DNA of 64,000 nucleotides, from assembly GCA_031414535.1 (NCBI GenBank), contig JANNVQ010000014.1, positions 128,001 through 192,000 of the forward strand. Direction: 5' to 3'. Below, in pieces: positions 57,755-64,000 of the stretch. The DNA is from Gemmatimonas sp. (GTDB lineage: Bacteria; Gemmatimonadota; Gemmatimonadetes; Gemmatimonadales; Gemmatimonadaceae). How positions within the stretch are numbered: position 1 is the first letter of the stretch; each line of letters starts with the position of its first letter. The position numbers were made by a program, and so were the translations under genes. Below the pieces are notes generated by a model that saw only the letters and a program-made list of their open reading frames with translations, was not told the origin of the DNA and ran no database searches.

Positions 57755-58858
57755 GTGACGTCAACCGCTGCTTCCGAGCCGACGCTAAACCTCAGCGTCG
57801 CTGATTCCGCCCCAGCCGGGTGGGACGCCTTCGTGCGTGCCACCCCGACGGCGACGCACGCGCATCTGGCCGGATGGCAGCATGTGTTTGACGGCGTGCT
57901 TGGGCATCGCACTCGCTATGCAATACTCGAGCATTCTGACGGATCTGTGGCCGGCGTCCTGCCGATTGTTGATGTGCGCAGCCGCATTTTTGGACGCTAC
58001 TTGATGTCCATGCCATTCTTGAATGCTGGCGGGCCCATTGGCGGCGCGGCCGCTCAGCGGCAACTCGCCGCCTGGGCGCAACGCGAAGCGGTCGCGGCGA
58101 ACTCCAAGTTACTGGAGCTTCGCTGGACGGCCGACATCGCGGCGGTCCCACGAACCGTGGGTGGAGATTTTCCCCGCCCAGCTTCGCTCCCCGAGACGCT
58201 CGCGGTGTCTGACCGCAAGATCACGGTGGCGATGCCGCTGCCTGAGACCGCGACCGAGCTCTTTGAGAAGGGGCTTAAGTCCAAACTGCGCAGCCAAGTT
58301 CGGCGACCCATGAAGGAAGGCCTCACGGCGCGCTTCGGTGCCGACCAGTGCGCGCCATTCTACGATGTGTTCGCGCGGAACATGCGAGAGCTGGGCACGC
58401 CCGTTTTGCCACGAAAGTTCTTTGAGGCCTTGCTCACCAGCTTTCCGAACGAAGTGGTGTTCGCCACGGTCTGGCGCGGTGACACGCTGATGGCTGGCGG
58501 CTGCGGATTTCTCTACGCCAACAGCTTTGAGATCACCTGGGCCTCGTCGCTGCGCGAGTTCAACCAACTCTCTCCCAATATGCTGCTCTACTGGGCCATG
58601 ATGGAGCACGTCATTGGCGCGGGTGCGCGGCGCTTCGACTTTGGACGCTGCACGCCGGGCAGTTCTACCCATCGCTTCAAGACGCAGTGGGGCGCAGTTG
58701 ATGAGCGGCTGCCATGGGCCTCGTGGTCGAGTACTCCAGACTCGGGCGTGCCGAAGCAAGACTCCGGCGCATTCGCACTCGCCTCGAGAGTCTGGACCCG
58801 TTTGCCCCTCTCGGTGACTAACGCGCTCGGTCCATTCCTCGCCAAATCAATTCCGTGA
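57755..58858 (+). CDS. FemAB-related GNAT protein (type found in PEP-CTERM/exosortase-associated EPS loci)
   Basis: 'GVLP', 'SMPFLN.GG', 'LRSQVRR', 'NMRELGTP', 'PNMLLYW', 'FDFGR', 'FK.QWG'. Confidence 0.85.
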   Translation: MTSTAASEPTLNLSVADSAPAGWDAFVRATPTATHAHLAGWQHVFDGVLGHRTRYAILEHSDGSVAGVLPIVDVRSRIFGRYLMSMPFLNAGGPIGGAAAQRQLAAWAQREAVAANSKLLELRWTADIAAVPRTVGGDFPRPASLPETLAVSDRKITVAMPLPETATELFEKGLKSKLRSQVRRPMKEGLTARFGADQCAPFYDVFARNMRELGTPVLPRKFFEALLTSFPNEVVFATVWRGDTLMAGGCGFLYANSFEITWASSLREFNQLSPNMLLYWAMMEHVIGAGARRFDFGRCTPGSSTHRFKTQWGAVDERLPWASWSSTPDSGVPKQDSGAFALASRVWTRLPLSVTNALGPFLAKSIP

Positions 58859-60087
58859 GCCAGACTCGAGGCGCAGTACTCAAGGTCTGGGATTCCGAGT
58901 ATCCCTGGGACGTCCGCACGGAGAAGGTGTGTCAGGCGCTCACGGGTGCCGGCTACGCTGTGCACATGGTGGCGCGAAATCGCGACGGTCGTGTGCTTGA
59001 GGAGACGCTCCCCGAATGCACGGTGCATCGGCTCGCACCGTGGCGTGCATTGGGCGCGCGCGTGGACGCGGCCTCGCAGTTCCCCGCGTTTTTCAATCCG
59101 CGCTGGACCTCGCGGATGCGCGAGGTTGGCCGACGCGAGCGCGCGCAGGTGGTATTGGTTCGCGACCTCCCACTGGCACCGGCCGCGATTCGTGTGGCGC
59201 AGCAACTCAAGTTGCCGGTGGTACTGGACATGGCCGAGAACTATCCGGCGATGATCCGCGATCTGTGGACCACCGGGGCCACACGGCTCGGCGACCGGCT
59301 GGTGCGGAATCCCAAAATGGTGGAAGCCGTCGAGAACTGGGTGCTCCCGCGCCTCGATCACTGTGTGGTGGTGGTGGAGGAGTCGCGTGATCGGCTCATC
59401 AAGCTGGGCGTGCCTGCCGACCGGGTGACGGTAGTAAGCAACACACCTGCACAGAGTCGCATTGACGAGTATGCCGCGCTGCGCGACGCTGCAGAGGCAC
59501 AGCACACTGACGCGCCGCTGCGCCTGACCTACCTCGGTCTCATGGAGGAAGCGCGCGGTGTGCGCTTGGTGCTTGACGCCGTTGCGCTGCTGGCGCGAGA
59601 GGGCGTGGTCGTCGCGCTCGATCTCATCGGTGATGGGCGGGCCCGTAAGGCGCTCGAGTCGCACGCCACAGCACTCGGACTCGACTCATCCCACGTACGC
59701 TTCTTTGGGCACGTGCCCTACCGCGACGCATTAAAGATTGTGGCCGAGGCGGATGCGGGGCTCATTCCTCATTACGCCAATGAGAGTTGGCAGACGACCA
59801 TTCCCAATAAGCTCTTCGACTACATGTCCCTCGGGCTCGCCGTCATCTCCTCGGACGTCACGCCCGTGGTGCGCGTGCTCGCTGAGACGGGCGCCGGCGT
59901 GACGTTTATGGATCGGAAGGCGGACGACCTCGCACGCGTGCTGCGTTCACTAAATCGCAGCGCCGCTCGAGCGCAGGGCGTGAAGGGCAGGCAATCCGTG
60001 CGCAATCGCTATAACTGGGAGCGCGACGCCGAGCATCTCATAGCTGTTATCAATCGCGTGATCGCCGACGGGAAGAAATCGCATTGA
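58855..60087 (+). CDS. Glycosyltransferase family 4
   Basis: 'YPWDVR..K', 'YLG.....RG', 'PNKLFDYMS.G..VISSD'. Confidence 0.88.
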   Translation: MSQTRGAVLKVWDSEYPWDVRTEKVCQALTGAGYAVHMVARNRDGRVLEETLPECTVHRLAPWRALGARVDAASQFPAFFNPRWTSRMREVGRRERAQVVLVRDLPLAPAAIRVAQQLKLPVVLDMAENYPAMIRDLWTTGATRLGDRLVRNPKMVEAVENWVLPRLDHCVVVVEESRDRLIKLGVPADRVTVVSNTPAQSRIDEYAALRDAAEAQHTDAPLRLTYLGLMEEARGVRLVLDAVALLAREGVVVALDLIGDGRARKALESHATALGLDSSHVRFFGHVPYRDALKIVAEADAGLIPHYANESWQTTIPNKLFDYMSLGLAVISSDVTPVVRVLAETGAGVTFMDRKADDLARVLRSLNRSAARAQGVKGRQSVRNRYNWERDAEHLIAVINRVIADGKKSH

Positions 60088-61235
60088 GGTCAGCGGCCCT
60101 GACTCCTCCTCGTGAACAGCTCCGCATCGTCCATTCCTGCACGCCGGCCAGCGTGGGTGGACTGGAGCGCGTGGTGCAGGGTCTCGCTTCGGGACTCGCA
60201 GCGCGCGGCCACTGGATTGACGTAATCGCCGTGGTGGAGCCCGATGTGCGCACGGACGATCTTCGCGCTCCGCTCGATGCGGCTGGCGTGACCGTGCACG
60301 AGCTCCGCCTTGGCGGACGCGATTACCTCGGAGAGATTCGCGGCGTTGGCGCCCTGCTCCGCCAGTTGGCGCCCGACGTGCTGCACACGCACGGCTATCG
60401 CGCCGACTTGATGCACGGGCTGCTCGTACGGCCCCGCCGCACAGCGAACGTGAGCACGCTGCACGGCTCCAGCCGCCTCGGCGGCATCTCCCACGCATTC
60501 GAGTGGGTTCAGGAGCGCGCGCTACGGCGTTTTGATGGCGTGGTCGCGGTCTCTACGCCTTTGGAAAAGCAGTTGCTTGCCTTGGGAGTCCCGCGGGCGG
60601 CCCTGCATCGCATTCCCAACGCCACGAACGCGCCGCCGCTACTGCCTCGCGCGGAAGCACGTGCGGCGCTTGGCGTGGCTGGCGCTGGCGTAGTGATCGG
60701 ATTTATCGGGCGTCTGATTCCCATCAAGGGCACGGACGTGTTGGTCCAAGCCTTAGCAAGCGTAAGTGACTTGCCTTGGGACGCCGTAATCGTGGGCGGT
60801 GGCCCAGAGCGCGAGCGTCTCGAGAGCCTCGCGGCATCGTTGGGGCTTGGCGCGCGTGTACAGTTTGCTGGCGAACGTGAGCATGCGGCTCGCTATCTCG
60901 CGGCCTTCGATCTCTTCGTGTTGCCATCGCGCTCGGAGGGCACGCCCATCGTGCTGCTTGAAACGCTTGCCGCGGGTGTGCCCGTCATCGCGAGCGCGGT
61001 GGGAGGCGTGCCTGATCTGATTGCGGCGCCCGCCGAAGGCGCCTTGGTGCCGCCTGATGATGCGGTCGCACTCGCCGCAGCTATTCGCGCCGCACTCGGC
61101 GCACCAGCAGCTGCACAGGCTGCCGCAAGGTCCGCACAAGAGCACGTTCGCCGCGAGTATGACTTCGAGACATGGATCTCGCGGCACGAGGCGCTCTACG
61201 TCGCCGCGATGCAGCGGCGCGGGCTCGCACCTTAG
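60084..61235 (+). CDS. Glycosyltransferase family 4
   Basis: 'GGLER', 'HTHG', 'GRL.PIKG', 'PSRSEG.P..LLE', 'VGG.PD'. Confidence 0.92.
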   Translation: MRSAALTPPREQLRIVHSCTPASVGGLERVVQGLASGLAARGHWIDVIAVVEPDVRTDDLRAPLDAAGVTVHELRLGGRDYLGEIRGVGALLRQLAPDVLHTHGYRADLMHGLLVRPRRTANVSTLHGSSRLGGISHAFEWVQERALRRFDGVVAVSTPLEKQLLALGVPRAALHRIPNATNAPPLLPRAEARAALGVAGAGVVIGFIGRLIPIKGTDVLVQALASVSDLPWDAVIVGGGPERERLESLAASLGLGARVQFAGEREHAARYLAAFDLFVLPSRSEGTPIVLLETLAAGVPVIASAVGGVPDLIAAPAEGALVPPDDAVALAAAIRAALGAPAAAQAAARSAQEHVRREYDFETWISRHEALYVAAMQRRGLAP

Positions 61236-61247
61236 GACACCGGCGCC

Positions 61248-62087
61248 TCAGCGCTTGCGAGCCACGAGCAGCACGAGGTCGCCAAGTCGGTACGGCAGCT
61301 CCACACCACGCGCCGCAGCAGGGGCAGGCAGCCCGAGAACTTCCAGACCGCGGGCCAGCGAAATCCAACGAGTCACTGAACCATACGACACCCAAGACCA
61401 CTCAGTCTCTGGCAGAAGTCTCCGCAGGGATCGGCGGTTGAACCATGTCGTCACGCGCTCTGGCGACCATTGGTGCCAGCGCGCACCACTCATTCGTGCG
61501 ACTAGTGCATCGCGGTCCCACGTTTCGATGCAGAGCAAGCCGCCAGGGGCGAGCATGCGCCGTGCCCGCGCAACTGCGCGCGCGGGCTCCGCACAATGCT
61601 CCAGTACGTTCAGCATCGTCACGGCATCTCGCGACCCTGCTTCCCCCGCGTCACCGTCCACGGCGTCAAAGGCCTCCGTGCGCACCTTGAGCCCAGCCAG
61701 TCGCGCGTGGTCAGTTGCCCACGCACTCACGTCTGCGCCGGCCGCCTGCCAGCCACGGCTCTCGGCCTCGCGGAGCAGAAATCCGGCTGCACACCCAACG
61801 TCAAAGAGCCGGCGCCCTTCGTTGACCCTCTCGAGCCGCCGCAAATATCGGGCGGCCTGACGACGTAGCGTCGGCCCCTCAGCGAGATAGTCGGCGTAGC
61901 CGTCCGACGCATCGCCACGGAAGTACTCAGGGGCAAATCGCGTGGCCGCCTGCGCCGAATCAAACGGGCGATGATATACCGCGTCGCAGAGCCCACAACG
62001 CCAGAGTCGGTGCACCCCAATATCCACTGCGCGGGCCTGCTCACTCGCGCAGATAAGACAGCGAGGCGCTAAAAGCTCATCAGGCAC
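61248..62087 (-). CDS. Class I SAM-dependent methyltransferase with N-terminal CxxC...CxxC
   Basis: 'CLIC', 'CGLC', 'FDVGCAAG', 'NVLEH', 'LAPGG'. Start placed at GTG 62087. Confidence 0.85.
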   Translation of the reverse strand: MPDELLAPRCLICASEQARAVDIGVHRLWRCGLCDAVYHRPFDSAQAATRFAPEYFRGDASDGYADYLAEGPTLRRQAARYLRRLERVNEGRRLFDVGCAAGFLLREAESRGWQAAGADVSAWATDHARLAGLKVRTEAFDAVDGDAGEAGSRDAVTMLNVLEHCAEPARAVARARRMLAPGGLLCIETWDRDALVARMSGARWHQWSPERVTTWFNRRSLRRLLPETEWSWVSYGSVTRWISLARGLEVLGLPAPAAARGVELPYRLGDLVLLVARKR

Positions 62088-63747
62088 CAGTCGCGAGGCT
62101 GAGGAGCCGTGAAGCGAACGGAAGCTGAACAGGCTCGATGGGCAGCGATGCATCCACCAGTTCGCAGCCAGTCACGCAGGTCGCTGCGAGGCGCCGCACT
62201 TCCTCGTAGCTCTGCGGCCCAACACCACCATAGCGCGCACGCAGGAATGCGTCTGTGTCACGCACCTCACGCGACACGGCGCGCTCCACATCGCGGAAGG
62301 CGACCATGACATTCTGTACAACCACATGCTCAACCTTTTTCCGGCCGTAACCGATACCCACTACCGCGCCTGCAGGTAACGCAAGACCACGCCAAATGGT
62401 GCAGAAATCGAATAGCCGCGGCGAAGGCAGAGCTTGCAAAGCGTGTGACGCTAGCGGCCGATACAGCTCGTGCGCGACTGCCGCGAACAAGGCGTCGGCA
62501 CCGCTAAGCGCGCGCTCAAGATCCTGCGTGAAGCAGTCCTCAAGACCGAGGCGGCGAATATTGACGTCGTCCGGCTTCACGAAGGGATCGTGCACGATGA
62601 CGTCCGCGCCAGCCTCGCGCGCGAGCTTCGCAAAGATCAGCGCCGCAGAGTTGCGCGTGTCCTCCGACTCGGCGCGGTACGCCGCACCGAGCACTGCAAT
62701 GCGCTTCCCGCGCGGATCACCGAGCGCGGCGTTTACTCTCGCCCAAGCCAAGGTCGGCGACACGTCATTCACCTCGCGGCTCGCGAGAATCAAACTCTTT
62801 GCTGCAGCGGGGTCCCGAGCTTCAAGCCGCCGCCACCAGAGGAGCACTCCGTCCTTCGGCAAACAGTGGCCGCCCACGCCCACGGTGGGTACCAGCACGC
62901 CGCCGTGCGGCACGGCCGTTGGGTCTTGGCTCGCGTTGTCCTCCTGCGCGAGTCCCGCGTTCACGCGGTCGCGAAGATCAAAGAAGTCCAGGTTCTCAGC
63001 GTCACACCAACGTGCCAACTCCGCCGAGAAGGCGATGCGAACATCGCGATAGGCGTTCTCCAAGGTCTTCACGATTTCGGCCGTGAGGCTGTCCGTGACG
63101 TGAAGCGTACCGGCCGTGACGATGCCCGAGTACAGCGTCGCGACCTCAGCTGCCGTGGCGGGATCGAGCGCTCCGACGAGCTTGTCGCTCGCAGCGACTC
63201 GCGCCACCAGCCGGCCCGGCATCACACGGTTTGGTGAGTTCGCAAGGCGCACATGCTGACCTTCGATAAGGCCCTGCGCCGCGAATCGCTCGCGCACCAC
63301 CGTGGCCATAGACGAGGGCGCCAACGTGGACTCAATGATGACGAGCGGCGCGCTAAGACCTGGGCGCCGCGCGCGAAACGCTATGGCGAGCGCATCGAGC
63401 GCCGCAAAGAGCGGCACGTAGTCCGGCGCGATGCCATCCTTGTCCGTCTGCACGCAGACGAGAACGATTTCAGCGTTCGCGAGATCGTCCACATCATGCG
63501 TGGCGCCGAGGTGGCCGCTCGCGACCGTGCGTCGCACGATTGCATCGAGGCTTGGCTCCGCCCCGCCAATCGGAGATTCACCCCGATTGATGGCGCCCAC
63601 CTTCCAGCCTGAGGTCGCGGAGTTGCGCTGAACCACGAGCACGCGCCGGCCCGCTGAGCCGCGCTTCGCCTCGACATCCGCCAAGAGTGCTGCCATGGGC
63701 ATCCCGACGATACCCGGGCCGATTACGCCGATCAGTGATGTCGTCAT
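62080..63747 (-). CDS. Nucleotide-sugar dehydrogenase (UDP-glucose/GDP-mannose dehydrogenase family)
   Basis: 'GPGIVG.P', 'EST..P', 'P.R..PG', 'K.LENAYRDV.IAF', 'GVGGHCLPKD', 'D.RNS', 'HDP'. Confidence 0.9.
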   Translation of the reverse strand: MTTSLIGVIGPGIVGMPMAALLADVEAKRGSAGRRVLVVQRNSATSGWKVGAINRGESPIGGAEPSLDAIVRRTVASGHLGATHDVDDLANAEIVLVCVQTDKDGIAPDYVPLFAALDALAIAFRARRPGLSAPLVIIESTLAPSSMATVVRERFAAQGLIEGQHVRLANSPNRVMPGRLVARVAASDKLVGALDPATAAEVATLYSGIVTAGTLHVTDSLTAEIVKTLENAYRDVRIAFSAELARWCDAENLDFFDLRDRVNAGLAQEDNASQDPTAVPHGGVLVPTVGVGGHCLPKDGVLLWWRRLEARDPAAAKSLILASREVNDVSPTLAWARVNAALGDPRGKRIAVLGAAYRAESEDTRNSAALIFAKLAREAGADVIVHDPFVKPDDVNIRRLGLEDCFTQDLERALSGADALFAAVAHELYRPLASHALQALPSPRLFDFCTIWRGLALPAGAVVGIGYGRKKVEHVVVQNVMVAFRDVERAVSREVRDTDAFLRARYGGVGPQSYEEVRRLAATCVTGCELVDASLPIEPVQLPFASRLLSLATGA

Positions 63748-64000
63748 CAATCAATAAAGGTCCGAAACCAGATTTCGAGATTGAGCAATCCCCACGATTG
63801 CCGTGAAAAATCACGCTCATGCCGTAGCAAACCTTCCACGCCTGCGGGGTCGAAAATTCCGCGCTCGCGTGCGCGCGACGACATGAGGGTGTCATGGATG
63901 AAGTCACGCGAGGGCCCGCGTGTCCACAGGTGCAGCGGCACCGGGAAGCCCATCTTGTCCTTGCGGGCAAGCACGGTCTCCGGCACGACACCCTGCGCCG
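63747..64000 (-). CDS. asnB: Second asparagine synthase family amidotransferase (3' end only)
   Basis: 'R.DKMGF.VP...W' and 'WGLLNLEIW.R.F' are the typical C-terminus of AsnB; the gene runs off the window edge. Confidence 0.8.
   Translation of the reverse strand, partial: AQGVVPETVLARKDKMGFPVPLHLWTRGPSRDFIHDTLMSSRARERGIFDPAGVEGLLRHERDFSRQSWGLLNLEIWFRTFID

Noticed and set aside
57755..58858. Peptidoglycan FemAB enzyme, or proof of a PEP-CTERM system
   Set aside because: The context is EPS, and no exosortase or PEP-CTERM protein is visible in this window.
1..64000. Mobile elements, prophage, tRNA or rRNA genes
   Set aside because: No transposase, integrase or phage motifs among the ORFs; intergenic gaps are short and show no recognisable structural RNA by eye.

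Overview
A GC-rich bacterial window; gene content and style suggest Gemmatimonadota (inference). About 1-19 kb holds mixed accessory genes: an LVIVD-repeat protein, a lectin-like protein, an FKBP-M28 peptidase fusion, a large phospholipase D-family protein, a yjbQ / form IV RuBisCO-like protein / alpha-beta hydrolase operon, an iorAB-type molybdoenzyme coupled to a diguanylate cyclase, and a multidomain secreted nuclease. From about 19.1 kb to the window end is one large (>44 kb, open at the right edge) Wzx/Wzy-type surface polysaccharide locus. It encodes Wza/Wzc/phosphatase, a priming transferase, several GTs, neuABC nonulosonic acid synthesis, a sigma-54 two-component system and many tailoring enzymes. 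The best candidate for an undescribed system is a Dlt-like acyl-transfer relay inside this locus (SGNH/DltD-like protein, MBOAT with C-terminal FIYxxF motif, ACP, acetoacetate-CoA-ligase-family enzyme, plus an Sfp PPTase), which may put a C4 oxo/hydroxy acyl group on the polysaccharide. Also notable are a IV-Photo-like RLP operon, a catalytically dead GGDEF protein with an intact I-site, a promoter module duplicated with identical spacing, a recurring leaderless-gene signature and an 11-bp-phased repeat array. No rRNA, tRNA, CRISPR array or mobile element was recognised. All family calls are from motif recognition by eye, not database searches.
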